A stretch of 64,000 bases of DNA from positions 1 to 64,000 of IMG/VR virus record IMGVR_UViG_3300036045_000002. One strand, written 5' to 3'. The notes beneath the pieces were generated by a model. It saw only the letters and a program-made list of their open reading frames with translations, was not told the DNA's origin and made no database searches. Every line of letters begins with the position of its first letter. Position 1 is the first letter of the stretch. Source of the stretch: a virus. This document shows, one piece after another, positions 18,083 through 28,134 of the stretch. The translations under genes and the position numbers were made by a program.

Positions 18083-19561
18083 TCACTTCAGCGGGTTGTC
18101 GAACGTCATCTCCGGCACGTCCGGGAAGTCCTCGGGGGGCTCGGCGTAGGCGTTGGTCGTGAACCCGCCGGGGGCTCCGGCGAAGACGTTGGCCGCGAAC
18201 CCGTTCAGGAACCGGGGGTCCTCGGCCGGCGTCACCACCTGGCCGCGGGCCAGTTCCGCCATGGCCGCCAGGGTCACCAGGTCGAACCCGGCAAGCGCCG
18301 CGTCGGTGAACTTGTTCTGCGGGCTCGCCTTGATCTGGTTGACGTACTGCGTCCGCTGGGCGTTCAGGGCCATCTGGCCCTGGTTGACGACGGCCACGAC
18401 CTCAGGCGGGGCCTGGGTCTTGGTCAGCCACTCGGTCAGGTTGGCCGGCGGGGCGACGACCGGGACAGGAGCGGGCTGAGGCACGACCGTGGCCGTGTTA
18501 GCCAGCACCGTCTTCTGGACGACCTTCATGGCCTGGAGCGTGGCGTCCGGCAGGGCCTCGAACGCAGCCCGCTGACTCTCCTCGATCTGTCCGTTGGCGA
18601 TGAGGGCGTCGATGTGGACCTTTTTGTCGAACATCTTCTGGACCTCGTTGGTAATGACCGGAGAAACCTTTTCGGTCGTGCTGTTCGACACGGCCTTGTA
18701 CTCGACGGTACGCACGACCTGGACCGCCGACCCGACGAGCTTCACCTCGTCGGCCGCGGAGTAGTCAATCCGGTAGTGGTCGCCTTTCTCGTCCACGAAG
18801 ATCGCGTAGTCCTGGTAAACCTCCGAGACGTACCCGTTCCAGTACTTGCCCTTGGTCCCGTACCTCGACGACACCAGGTCGGACAGTGTCCGGATTACCT
18901 GGCCGAACGACAACTCGTTGGCGACCAGTTCGACCCCGACGGCCTTCAACGCCGTCCGGACGGAGCGGTCAAGGAGGAGTTGGGTGGACTCCGGTTCCTT
19001 GACCGCGTTCGCGTACAGCCCGGCCCCCATCGCGACGGAACACGCCCCGACCTTGTCCGGGAGCATGGCCAGGTGATCGGGCCGGAAGTTCCGGACGGTG
19101 CCGACGTATTTCTTGCCGTTGAACTCGCCGGGGGTCGGATCAAGGTCGGCGTCGAGCCCGGTGGACAGTTCCATCGGCTGGCCGTTCAGGACGGCGGAGT
19201 ACACCCGCTCGTCCAGTTCCCGCGTCCGGTCCTCGTCGAACCAGAGTTCCGGCTTGAGCTTCCTGTCCTGGTGTTCCGTGTTGAACACGGTGCCAATCTT
19301 CCTGGTGTCGAAAAAGGTCGGCCGCTTGGCCGACACGAAGACCCCTCCCTCCTCCGGATGGTACAGGACGATCGGCTGGCCGTTCCAGGCGTGCGGGTTC
19401 CGGCCGAGCTCCTCGTCCGGGTACATGACCGGGCCGCCTGACCCCTCGATGACGCCTTCGATCAGCATCACGGCCGGGGCCACCAGGTGAGGCCGCCCTT
19501 CCAACGTTTCCCGCCTCGGCCTCTGTCCGGCCGTGTTGAACACGACCCGTTGTAGGACCAT
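18083..19561 (-). CDS. Prohead protease / scaffold (DUF2213-like)
   Basis: WNGQPIVLYHP, ELSTG, PDHLAML..GACS; C-terminal scaffold-like region. Confidence 0.8.
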   Translation of the reverse strand: MVLQRVVFNTAGQRPRRETLEGRPHLVAPAVMLIEGVIEGSGGPVMYPDEELGRNPHAWNGQPIVLYHPEEGGVFVSAKRPTFFDTRKIGTVFNTEHQDRKLKPELWFDEDRTRELDERVYSAVLNGQPMELSTGLDADLDPTPGEFNGKKYVGTVRNFRPDHLAMLPDKVGACSVAMGAGLYANAVKEPESTQLLLDRSVRTALKAVGVELVANELSFGQVIRTLSDLVSSRYGTKGKYWNGYVSEVYQDYAIFVDEKGDHYRIDYSAADEVKLVGSAVQVVRTVEYKAVSNSTTEKVSPVITNEVQKMFDKKVHIDALIANGQIEESQRAAFEALPDATLQAMKVVQKTVLANTATVVPQPAPVPVVAPPANLTEWLTKTQAPPEVVAVVNQGQMALNAQRTQYVNQIKASPQNKFTDAALAGFDLVTLAAMAELARGQVVTPAEDPRFLNGFAANVFAGAPGGFTTNAYAEPPEDFPDVPEMTFDNPLK

Positions 19562-19659
19562 TGTTCCCTCGCGTGAGCGGTCGTGGGGGCCGGCTTTGCC
19601 TGCCGCGCCGGAGAAGCAGGCCCGGAACCGGCACCGGACCGGCCCCCACACCCGGTTTG

Positions 19660-20046
19660 TCAATCAGCCTCCTCGCCCTCCGAGACCGACTCGACCCGGT
19701 CGTGGACTTCGTCCATGCACGACGCCAGGCAGGCCGCGAGGGCCTTCTGGAGGGCGGCCGGCATGGCGTCGTCCCCGCCTTGCTTGGCGAGTTCCCGCGC
19801 CGGCTTGGCGGCGAACGCCCGGACCTCGTCCCGGAGGGACTCGAAGGCCGCGGCCGCCTTCGCGTCCTCCGGGCCGGCCTGGAAGGTGCCGTTACCCAGA
19901 TTCCGGAGCCACTCGGCCCCCTCCCGGACGCCTTCTTCCAGCTTGTGCAGGAAGTCGGCCGCCTTGTCGAGGGCGTCCGGGGCCTTGTCGGTGATGATCG
20001 CCCACGCGGCCTGGAACTTCGGGAGTAGTGAGGCAAGACCCAACAT
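19660..20046 (-). CDS. Hypothetical helical protein
   Basis: ORF from ATG 20046 with GAGG upstream. Confidence 0.6.
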   Translation of the reverse strand: MLGLASLLPKFQAAWAIITDKAPDALDKAADFLHKLEEGVREGAEWLRNLGNGTFQAGPEDAKAAAAFESLRDEVRAFAAKPARELAKQGGDDAMPAALQKALAACLASCMDEVHDRVESVSEGEEAD

Positions 20047-20161
20047 GCTTTGTCCTCGGCTGGGAAGGCTCTGTAAAAACGACCCGCCTGGGAAGAGTCG
20101 GTTTTCCCGAACCGACTCTTTTACCAGGTCGCCCACGCTGAACCAGGCGGGTCGCGTCACG

Positions 20162-20731
20162 TCAATCCTCGGTGCGCTTCTTCCGACCCTTGGCCAGTTG
20201 AGGCCGGGCGTCCTCCTGGGCCGGTTCTTCGGGCGCGGGTGCTTCCTCGACCGGCGGCCCCTCGGTCGAGACTTCGGTCTCGACCGGCTCCTCGTCCTCC
20301 ACCAGGGAAACCTGGGCCATGACCGGACCGGCGAACATGGCCAGGATGGAGATGATCGCCAGGACGACCTGAAGGATCTGGTCCTTGTTGTCCCGCAGCC
20401 ATTGCAGGAAGGACCCGTCCCCGAGCCCGGCCATCTTGAGCCTTTTCTTCTTGGCCAAGGCGTCGATCTCGGTCTCGGTCACCGTGTCCGCCAGGTCGCG
20501 GGCCGCCTCCCACGAGTAGCCGTGGGACTGGACCAGGCCCTCGGCCACCCGGTTGCGGATGAAGTTGTACTTGATCCGGTCGCGGACCGGCCCGGTCGCC
20601 AGTTGCGAGGCCCGCGACTCGACCTCCGTGTCGCCCGCGTCTTCGGACTGCTTGGTGATCGGCCTCAGACCGACCTTCCCGCCACCGTCGGAGGCCAGAC
20701 CACCTCCCCGGAACCTCGAATCGTTGCTCAT
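20162..20731 (-). CDS. Hypothetical membrane protein
   Basis: Single TM segment ILQVVLAIISILAMFAG; acidic tail. Confidence 0.65.
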   Translation of the reverse strand: MSNDSRFRGGGLASDGGGKVGLRPITKQSEDAGDTEVESRASQLATGPVRDRIKYNFIRNRVAEGLVQSHGYSWEAARDLADTVTETEIDALAKKKRLKMAGLGDGSFLQWLRDNKDQILQVVLAIISILAMFAGPVMAQVSLVEDEEPVETEVSTEGPPVEEAPAPEEPAQEDARPQLAKGRKKRTED

Positions 20732-20771
20732 CCGGCACCTCTGAGGTTAGTGGGCGAACTTCATGGCCTTA

Positions 20772-21257
20772 CTACCGACCGTTCAGCCACCTCCGGACCG
20801 GGCCTGACCTGGCCTGGTATCCGGCGGTCTGGCAGTTACCGCCGACACACCCGCCGCCGGCGTTAATGCCTCCAGACAGTCCCGCAGGAGGAGCACCGGT
20901 GAGAGTGCGTACCGTCCCCGTTGAACCCGAGGATACGGTACTGACTCCGGCCGCAGGCAGGACAGTCGTGCCCGGGATGGTGCGGCACCCCGCCGAGTCG
21001 CACACCGTATACCCCGGGCTGGACGCGAAAGGGTTGGCCGGCACCACCGTGGCCGGTTGGGGGGTTGGCCAGACCAGCCGGTCCGGGGCGTAGGTCAGGG
21101 AGTTGACCTTCTTCTCCAAGGCGTCCACCTTGGTCTCCAGGTCGGACAGACGCTTCTCGAAATTCCAGTCCACCTTCACGTCCTGGGCGACGCAAATCGC
21201 AGGCGTCGCGAGAAAGACGAACAGGAGCGGTGTGACCGCCGTTAGAACGCGAAGCAC
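20772..21257 (-). CDS. Secreted coiled-coil / Cys-motif protein
   Basis: GGAGG before GTG 21257; signal peptide; RLSDLETKVDALEKKV coil; CDSAGC and CVGGNC motifs. Confidence 0.65.
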   Translation of the reverse strand: MLRVLTAVTPLLFVFLATPAICVAQDVKVDWNFEKRLSDLETKVDALEKKVNSLTYAPDRLVWPTPQPATVVPANPFASSPGYTVCDSAGCRTIPGTTVLPAAGVSTVSSGSTGTVRTLTGAPPAGLSGGINAGGGCVGGNCQTAGYQARSGPVRRWLNGR

Positions 21258-21283
21258 AGGAGTCCTCCGGGCGAAAGGTGTCG

Positions 21284-22282
21284 TCAGAAGTTCCAGGTCA
21301 CGTTGATCTTGTCCTCCTCGATCTCGAAAGGCGGGAAGCCGAACACGGCGGCGTACTCCCCACTCCGGATGGTCTGGTCTTGGACGTTCCAGTCCACACC
21401 GAACACGTTGCCCGGGTAACCGGGCAGGCGAGGGCCGGAGGGGGTCGTCCGGCCCCAGGACTGGTAGTAGGCGAACACCTTCCGGCCGGAAGGCAGGACC
21501 TCGACACCGCACCGGACATGGTAGTGGTGCCACGTCCCGCGAGGCGAGCAGCACCCTTCCGCGTCCCGGGACATGGTAAACCCGCGGGAGTCGGAGCCGA
21601 CGATGATTCCTCCGGAAGCGATGGCGTCGGCGGCCTCGGCGGCGGAGGTCACCGGGGTCCACTCGGTGACGATGTTGTCCTTGGCCAGGTCGTCGATTTT
21701 CCTGGCCAGGTCGGTCATCTGCCCGGCCCCCAGCTTGCAGGCCAGATCGTCCGAACCCTCGCCGTAGTACCTGGTGTCGCCGACCTCCTCCCGGTGGACC
21801 AGGCCCATCTTGGCCATCGCCTCGGGGATCGACCCGGAGGCCACGCCGTCGTTGTTGTCGTTCGTCCACGACCCGTTCAGCATGTTGTACAACTTCCGGG
21901 CGTGGTAGTAGAGGCCGGCGTGGCTGACCCGCTTGAACTCGACCCGCTTCCCGGCAGCGATCAGGATGCACTGGACGAGGTCGCAGGTGGCCGAGCCGGA
22001 CCGGCCACCACAGGTCCCGCGAGGCTGGTACTGGATCAGGTCCTCGGCCTTGGCCCCCAACACCTTCTCGACCGCCTTCCAGTGGTTGACGCTCGTCTTG
22101 CCGTCCCACTTCCCCTGCATCTTGGGAAACCGCTGGTGGAACGTCGGCTTGGCCTGGATCATCTGGTCCACGTCGGCCGTCTTCGGGACGATGCCGAAGT
22201 TCCAGGCGACGGCGGCCGGGTCGTTCGGGTCGGCCCCGAAGTTGACCACCTTCCTGCCGCCGACCGCGGTGAAGTCGTCCAT
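21284..22282 (-). CDS. Papain-like (C1) cysteine peptidase
   Basis: Q..RGTCGG (catalytic Cys), WHHY (His), YYQSWG in place of NSWG. Confidence 0.7.
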   Translation of the reverse strand: MDDFTAVGGRKVVNFGADPNDPAAVAWNFGIVPKTADVDQMIQAKPTFHQRFPKMQGKWDGKTSVNHWKAVEKVLGAKAEDLIQYQPRGTCGGRSGSATCDLVQCILIAAGKRVEFKRVSHAGLYYHARKLYNMLNGSWTNDNNDGVASGSIPEAMAKMGLVHREEVGDTRYYGEGSDDLACKLGAGQMTDLARKIDDLAKDNIVTEWTPVTSAAEAADAIASGGIIVGSDSRGFTMSRDAEGCCSPRGTWHHYHVRCGVEVLPSGRKVFAYYQSWGRTTPSGPRLPGYPGNVFGVDWNVQDQTIRSGEYAAVFGFPPFEIEEDKINVTWNF

Positions 22283-22304
22283 CTCGAACCTCCGTTTGGC
22301 GCTT

Positions 22305-23102
22305 TTACTTCAACTTGGACAAGGCTTCCATCACCGTCTTGAAGGTCGCCTTGACCTTCACCTTCTCGGCCGCCGTCAGGGCGAGGGTCGGGCTGATCTG
22401 GCCGGTCGGGAAGGTCTTGGACAGTTCGGCCCCGATGGTCGCCTGCACCTTCGGATACTTACCACCGGTCCCCAAGTCCTGGGCGTGCCTGGTCATGGAC
22501 GTGAACAGGCCGACCCACGTGTCCGTCCCGTCCACCGACGCCAGGGACTTTTCGTAGAATTTGGTCAGGCCGGCGACCAGGTTGGCCTTGTCCGTCTCCT
22601 TGTCGTAGGCGACCTGCAGGTCCTTCTGGAACTGGGTCAGGACGTCCGGCGGCGGGACCGGAGGGTCAGGCGGGGACGGATTGCCTCCCATGACCTCCAG
22701 CCTTTTGCGCTGGACGGAGAAGTCCTTCTTGCTGACGACCAGGATCTCGACCGACCCTTTCTCGACCGGCATGACGACGAAGACGTTCTTCTCCTTGAAG
22801 TCGCGGAACTCGAACCGGCCGCTCCCGTCCACGAACTTGCCGGCGATGCTGAGAGGCCCGGCCTTGTGGACGATCTTGACCTTCCCTTCCGGACTGTCCA
22901 ACACGACCAGGTCTTCGTCCGAGGCGACGTAGTACAACTGGTCGGCCGGGAGGGTGTTGACCGGCAACACCGGGACCGGCATCGGCTGCGGGACGGCCAC
23001 CTCCGGCCATCTGACAGCCGACTTGTCGGTCGCGGCAGGTTGGATCCCGGCCGAGACGCCCCCGACGAGGAGCAGGAACAACGCTGGGAGGGCGTGACGC
23101 AT
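22305..23102 (-). CDS. Secreted protein with Pro-rich linker
   Basis: Signal peptide MRHALPALFLLLVGGVSA; linker PSPPDPPVPPPD. Confidence 0.7.
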   Translation of the reverse strand: MRHALPALFLLLVGGVSAGIQPAATDKSAVRWPEVAVPQPMPVPVLPVNTLPADQLYYVASDEDLVVLDSPEGKVKIVHKAGPLSIAGKFVDGSGRFEFRDFKEKNVFVVMPVEKGSVEILVVSKKDFSVQRKRLEVMGGNPSPPDPPVPPPDVLTQFQKDLQVAYDKETDKANLVAGLTKFYEKSLASVDGTDTWVGLFTSMTRHAQDLGTGGKYPKVQATIGAELSKTFPTGQISPTLALTAAEKVKVKATFKTVMEALSKLK

Positions 23103-23134
23103 CCGATCTCCTTCTTGGTTAGGGTTAGGAGTCC

Positions 23135-24688
23135 TCACTTCGCCTTACCCAGACCATTCCTTCGGCCCAGGGCACCGGTCCTCGAACCAGGCTTGGTGTC
23201 GGCCCGCATCTTGGCGATGGCGACCGGCTGGTCCGCCTTCTCCTTCAACGCGGCGACGATGGCGTCCTCGCCGCCCGACCCCTCCACGATGGCTTCCGCC
23301 TCCGCGATGGAGAAGTTCAGGACGTGAACCAGGAAGGTCTTCGGCCGCATGACCGCGTAGGACCCGCTGGTGACGTACTGGAGCAACGCCTGGGCCTTCT
23401 GGAGCGAGACCTTCGCCTTGTCCGTGTCGGTCAGGTTGTTCAGGTCCGGCCAGTAGCAGATGAACCTCGGGACGTCCGGGATCACCCCGAACCACTGGAG
23501 TCGCTTGACGAACGGCCGGATGACCCGCGGGAACACGAACCTGTCCTGCCGGCCCTTCAGCCGCCTGTTCCAGGTGATCTGGTCCATCTGGCTGGCCAGG
23601 TACCCGGCCTCCGTGCCCATGAATACCCGCAACGGCACCTTAATGGCCGCGCAGATGAGTTGGAGCAAGGACAGGACGTGGGCCGTCGGGTCGGCGACCT
23701 GGGGGGCCAGGCTCTTGGCCGTCATTCCGACCAGCCGCATGTACCTCTGAAGGCCGAGGGAGTACGCCTCGATCTCCGCCTTGAGCGAGTCGGTGTTCAA
23801 CTCCCCCGTGGCCGCGATCTCCGGGAACGCCTCGAAGCTGATGCCCGGGAACGCCCCCTTGTAGAACATTTCCGGGGCCGAGTAGCTGACCTTCCGGATG
23901 CCCAGGATGTCGTTCAACACCGGCCGCAACCGGGGGGTGCCGAACACGTCGCTGGACTTGCAGTTGTCGGCCAGGTGCAGGACCCGCGTCCAGTGGACCT
24001 TCAACTCGTCGGCCTCGGACTTACTGTCCAGGACGAAGTCAGTCCCGTCGTCCGGCCCGGCCACCCGGAACGTGTACTCGGACGGCTGCCCGTACCTCCG
24101 GCTCCTCTGGTTGGTGTTGACCCTCGTGACGGTGAACTGGTCCTCCGAGAACGGCCGCATGTACAGGAACTCTCGCGGCTTCTCCGGCTGCTTGCCGTCC
24201 CAGATGCCCTCCTCGCTCAACCCCTCGATTGACTGGTTGAGCGGCTTGCCGTCGTCGTGGACCATCAGCATGGCCCCGCACCGGCCGATCCCGGCGGCCT
24301 CGTCGAACCGGTGCAGGTAGTGGAACGGGTCGTGGTTGAACACGAACTCGTCCCACACCCGCTCGAACCTGGTCCGCTTCGGCTCCTCCGTTTCGTAAAC
24401 TTCTGGTTGGATCGACCACGACTCCTCCGGGTAGACCTGGACGACCCGCGTGGCCACCCCGATCCGTTCGTACATGTGCCGGTACAACTCGATGGTCGGC
24501 TCGGTCTCGGGGTACCCGCACTCCTTCTCGATGTTCCGCTTCGCCTGGTCGAGTTGGCCGCCGAGCAGCGCCGACGACCTGGACAGGAGCAGGTTGCAGA
24601 TGTAATCCGCCCGCCCCTCCTGGTTGGCGATCAACTCCAGCCGGCCGCGGGCCTGGTTGGCGGTCATCCTGGGGGCCCGGCCACTCAT
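23135..24688 (-). CDS. Portal protein (DUF1073-like)
   Basis: ECGYP, MYERIGVATRVV, VHWTRVLH, IKVPLRVFMG...LAS. Confidence 0.85.
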   Translation of the reverse strand: MSGRAPRMTANQARGRLELIANQEGRADYICNLLLSRSSALLGGQLDQAKRNIEKECGYPETEPTIELYRHMYERIGVATRVVQVYPEESWSIQPEVYETEEPKRTRFERVWDEFVFNHDPFHYLHRFDEAAGIGRCGAMLMVHDDGKPLNQSIEGLSEEGIWDGKQPEKPREFLYMRPFSEDQFTVTRVNTNQRSRRYGQPSEYTFRVAGPDDGTDFVLDSKSEADELKVHWTRVLHLADNCKSSDVFGTPRLRPVLNDILGIRKVSYSAPEMFYKGAFPGISFEAFPEIAATGELNTDSLKAEIEAYSLGLQRYMRLVGMTAKSLAPQVADPTAHVLSLLQLICAAIKVPLRVFMGTEAGYLASQMDQITWNRRLKGRQDRFVFPRVIRPFVKRLQWFGVIPDVPRFICYWPDLNNLTDTDKAKVSLQKAQALLQYVTSGSYAVMRPKTFLVHVLNFSIAEAEAIVEGSGGEDAIVAALKEKADQPVAIAKMRADTKPGSRTGALGRRNGLGKAK

Positions 24689-24996
24689 CGCCTCACCGCC
24701 TTCAGTTCGATAGTCTGGTCGTCGTCCCAGCCGTTGCAGGAGAAGACGACCCTCAGGAAGTAAAAGGCGTTCTCGACCAGTGTTGCCGTTACGGTCCGGT
24801 CGATGGTCTGCTTGTAGTTCCCGGCCGACCCGGTGATGTAGGGGACGGTCCCGGAGGTGACCACCGTCCCCCCGTCCTGTGCCGTCAGCGTGAAGTTGCA
24901 CGTCCCGTTGTTCAACGGTGCGCCTTCCTCGTCCTTGGCCTTCAAGTACCGGATTCTATGGTCACAGTTGATGTAAATCAACCCTTTCGCGGGCAT
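24685..24996 (-). CDS. Hypothetical beta-rich virion protein
   Basis: Coupled to the portal start. Confidence 0.6.
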   Translation of the reverse strand: MPAKGLIYINCDHRIRYLKAKDEEGAPLNNGTCNFTLTAQDGGTVVTSGTVPYITGSAGNYKQTIDRTVTATLVENAFYFLRVVFSCNGWDDDQTIELKAVRR

Positions 24997-25005
24997 GCCA
25001 ACACC

Positions 25006-28000
25006 TCACACCAGCGAGGAGGTTCCCGGGACGATGGAGAGCGACGCCTGGACGGCCGGGACGAAGGAGAACGACACCGAGACCGGCCCGCCGCTGTACC
25101 CGAACCCGCCTGACGCGGCCACGTTGACCGACAACACCGTCACGACCCCGACTCCGGGGACCGCCATGGCACCTCCAGTCGTCCAGGTCGGAGCGGAGGC
25201 CGAGACGCCGACGCCTGCCGACCCGGGGACCGCCACGTAGGTGACGTTCGCGGCCGGGTTTACCCCCGCCGCGACGACGAGGCACGTTCCCGGCGTGACG
25301 GTAACACCCCCCTGGACGGTGGCCGGGTTCGCCCCCGAAACGGTCACGACGGCGACGGAGGGGGTGCCTACCGCCGCACCGACACCTGCCGTCGGGTTGA
25401 CCCCCGAAACCGTTACCAGACCGGTTCCTGGCGTGGAAAATACCGGCCCCTGGACGGTAGCAGGATTAACCCCCAGCACGGACACGCTACCGAGGCCTGG
25501 GACGGCCGTAACCGGCCCCTGCAAGGTAACCGGATTAACCCCGGTGACCGTGACCAGTCCGACGGACGGTGCGCCGACGACCCCGCCTTGAATCGTGGCC
25601 GGGTTCACCCCGGAGACTGTGACCAAGGCTACGCCCGACGCGGTCGTGAAAGTCCCCGCCGTCGCCGGGTTGACGCCCGAAACCGCCACCACCGCCGTCC
25701 CAGGCGTCGAATACCCGGTCACGGAGGCCAACGGGTCGATCCCGGACACCACCACGGTGGCCAACCCGGGGGTGGAGACAACACCCCCTTGGATCGTGAC
25801 CGGGTTGACGCCGGCAACCTGGACCAGGCCGGTGCCTGGAGTCACCGTGATACCGCCTTGCAGCGTCGCGGGGTTGACTCCGGTCACGCTGACTAAGCCG
25901 ACCGACGGGACGGAAGTAATCCCTCCTTGGATGGTAACCGGATCGACTCCGGTTATGGCGACCGACCCTATCCCCGCGACCGCCACCGTCCCAGACCCGG
26001 ACGACGGGTTCACCCCGGTGACCGTGACCAGTCCGACGGACGGTGCGCCGACGACCCCGCCTTGAATCGTGGCCGGGTTCACCCCGGAGACCGAGACGGT
26101 CGCGACCGTCGGCGTCCCGGTCTGGCTCGGAGGCGGGACGTCGTTTGTGGCCGAGAACCCGCTGAAGTCCAGGACCGGGACCAGGACGTCGATCGGAGCG
26201 CCGGACAGCTCCGTCACGTGGAGCGTCGCGTCCCCGCCGGAGTAGTCGAGCGTCAGGACGTCGCCGAACGCAACCGGTCCACCGCTGACCGAAAACTCCC
26301 AGATGTTCGTCCCGCTGCCGGACGAGTAGCTGATGCTGACCCCGGCCCCGGACGAGTTCAGCGAAAACCCGGACCCGGACCCCTCGACCCCGGACGTAGA
26401 CCCGCCGGGCAGGTTCCACTGGACGGTCAGCGTGTCGCCGGCCGCGTTCACCGTCGCACTCGCCACGTCGGCCCTGGTCAGATTGCTGGGATTGTCCATC
26501 CCAACGTTCTGCGAGCCCATCGTGGTGCCCCAGACGTTCCTGACGGAACCTGGGGTGTACTGCAAATTGACCGTCTCGCCCGACAGGACCCACTTGGACG
26601 AGTCGTACCAGTCGAACGCGACCGACAGCAGGCCTGACCTGACCACAGAGTCGGGCGAGAAACTCCCGTGGTCGGTGACAATCGTCCAGGCGGACGTCGT
26701 GGACAGCCCGGTCGTCGCAATCTCGGTCGTCGGCGTCATCAGGATGCCGGTCGCCGACACGTCCACCACGCCGCTCGAAACGTCGATCCCGGGGGCACCC
26801 TGGGTGCTATTGTTGGTGACGGTAAAGTTGGAGATCGCGGCCACGTCGTACCCGGACGCGACCGACTCGACGGTCCCGGGGGTGTAACTGGCCCGGTAAA
26901 CGTCCGCCGAGTAGACCTTCGGCGTCCCGGTGGACGGCCGGGACAGGTTGTACACCAGCGTACTCGTCCCGCTGCCGGACGAGTACGACAAGGACGCCGC
27001 ACTCGCCCCGATCTGGCTGGACAGTTGGCCGAACCCGCTCGTCCCGGTCACCGCCTCGTCGAAGGTGAACGAGACCTGCGTCCCGGCCGAGTTGATCGTG
27101 ACCGAGGTCAGTGTCGGGGATTTGACCCGGGCCGGGTCAACGCCGGACACTGTGACCGACCCGACCCCGGCCGTCGCGGTGACACCTCCCTGGACTGTAA
27201 CCGGATTAACCCCGGTGACCGTGACCAGACCGACGGACGGGGTAGCGGTGACCCCGCCTTGAATCGTGGCCGGGTTGACGCCCGTAACGCCGACGGAGGC
27301 AACGGAAGGAGTCGCGGTCTGAGGACTGCCTCCGGTCGTGGCCCCGAACAACCACGTCTTTCTCGACCACCTCCTAATGAGGTCCGGGTGCCCGCGGAAG
27401 AAGCTGTCATTCAGGAACGAGATTTCGTCAAACTGCAAAGCCCGGTCGAAGACCCTGATGCCGCCGACGGTGATCGACCAGTATTGGTTCTGGCCGGGGT
27501 AGTCGTTGTAGGCGACCCGGCCGATAACCCCCGACGTGTCCCACACCTGAGGTGCGGCGATCAGCCCGTCAACGAACCTCCCGCCTAGACAGAGACTGGT
27601 GGCACTTCCGTTCCACGAGACCGAGACGGTCGTCCACTTCCCCGTGGTCAGGCCGTAGGGAACCGGGCTCCCGCTCGCGCCTCCGACCCGGGTGTCGGTC
27701 GAATTATTGTACCAGCCCACATACCAGTACGCGACGGTACTGGTACTGACCGAGATGTCGAACAGTTGCAGCGGCGAACTGTTCCGGAATCCAAAAATCT
27801 GACCACCGTTGACCGCGCTCGTCGCGTCCTCGTCCGGCCGGAACTCGACGACCACCGTCCCGGCCGCCGTCGGCATCGAAAAACCGGACAGGTCGGCCCG
27901 CTGACTACTCCCGCGGTCGTAGACCGCCGCCGCCAGCCCGCCGGGCGTGGCGGTCAGCGTCGGCCCGTTCGCCCGGGAAAGCTGCTTCCCTTTCCGGCCG

Positions 28001-28122
28001 ACCAGGTCGAAGATGGTGACTCCGGTGCCCTGTCCTTGCACCGGGCACCAAGCGGCCACCAGTCCACGGTTCAACGGATGGTCGGTCAGCGGATTCGCGA
28101 GGTCGATCTGCTGACCGATCAC
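25006..28122 (-). CDS. Large virion protein: LamG/ConA-like N-terminus followed by ~25-aa repeats
   Basis: GIRVFDRAL LamG-like end; many TP(S/G)VGLVTVTGVNPATIQGG repeats flanking Ig-like segments. Confidence 0.75.
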   Translation of the reverse strand: MIGQQIDLANPLTDHPLNRGLVAAWCPVQGQGTGVTIFDLVGRKGKQLSRANGPTLTATPGGLAAAVYDRGSSQRADLSGFSMPTAAGTVVVEFRPDEDATSAVNGGQIFGFRNSSPLQLFDISVSTSTVAYWYVGWYNNSTDTRVGGASGSPVPYGLTTGKWTTVSVSWNGSATSLCLGGRFVDGLIAAPQVWDTSGVIGRVAYNDYPGQNQYWSITVGGIRVFDRALQFDEISFLNDSFFRGHPDLIRRWSRKTWLFGATTGGSPQTATPSVASVGVTGVNPATIQGGVTATPSVGLVTVTGVNPVTVQGGVTATAGVGSVTVSGVDPARVKSPTLTSVTINSAGTQVSFTFDEAVTGTSGFGQLSSQIGASAASLSYSSGSGTSTLVYNLSRPSTGTPKVYSADVYRASYTPGTVESVASGYDVAAISNFTVTNNSTQGAPGIDVSSGVVDVSATGILMTPTTEIATTGLSTTSAWTIVTDHGSFSPDSVVRSGLLSVAFDWYDSSKWVLSGETVNLQYTPGSVRNVWGTTMGSQNVGMDNPSNLTRADVASATVNAAGDTLTVQWNLPGGSTSGVEGSGSGFSLNSSGAGVSISYSSGSGTNIWEFSVSGGPVAFGDVLTLDYSGGDATLHVTELSGAPIDVLVPVLDFSGFSATNDVPPPSQTGTPTVATVSVSGVNPATIQGGVVGAPSVGLVTVTGVNPSSGSGTVAVAGIGSVAITGVDPVTIQGGITSVPSVGLVSVTGVNPATLQGGITVTPGTGLVQVAGVNPVTIQGGVVSTPGLATVVVSGIDPLASVTGYSTPGTAVVAVSGVNPATAGTFTTASGVALVTVSGVNPATIQGGVVGAPSVGLVTVTGVNPVTLQGPVTAVPGLGSVSVLGVNPATVQGPVFSTPGTGLVTVSGVNPTAGVGAAVGTPSVAVVTVSGANPATVQGGVTVTPGTCLVVAAGVNPAANVTYVAVPGSAGVGVSASAPTWTTGGAMAVPGVGVVTVLSVNVAASGGFGYSGGPVSVSFSFVPAVQASLSIVPGTSSLV
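25538..26091. repeat. Exact 80-bp direct repeat (25538-25617 and 26012-26091), with a diverged third copy near 27200-27280
   Basis: Direct sequence comparison. Confidence 0.9.
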
Positions 28123-28134
28123 GGCGACTCCTTC

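Noticed and set aside
25538-26091. Diversity-generating retroelement TR/VR pair
   Set aside because: The copies are identical and intragenic, with no adenine-specific mismatches, and no reverse transcriptase is in the window.
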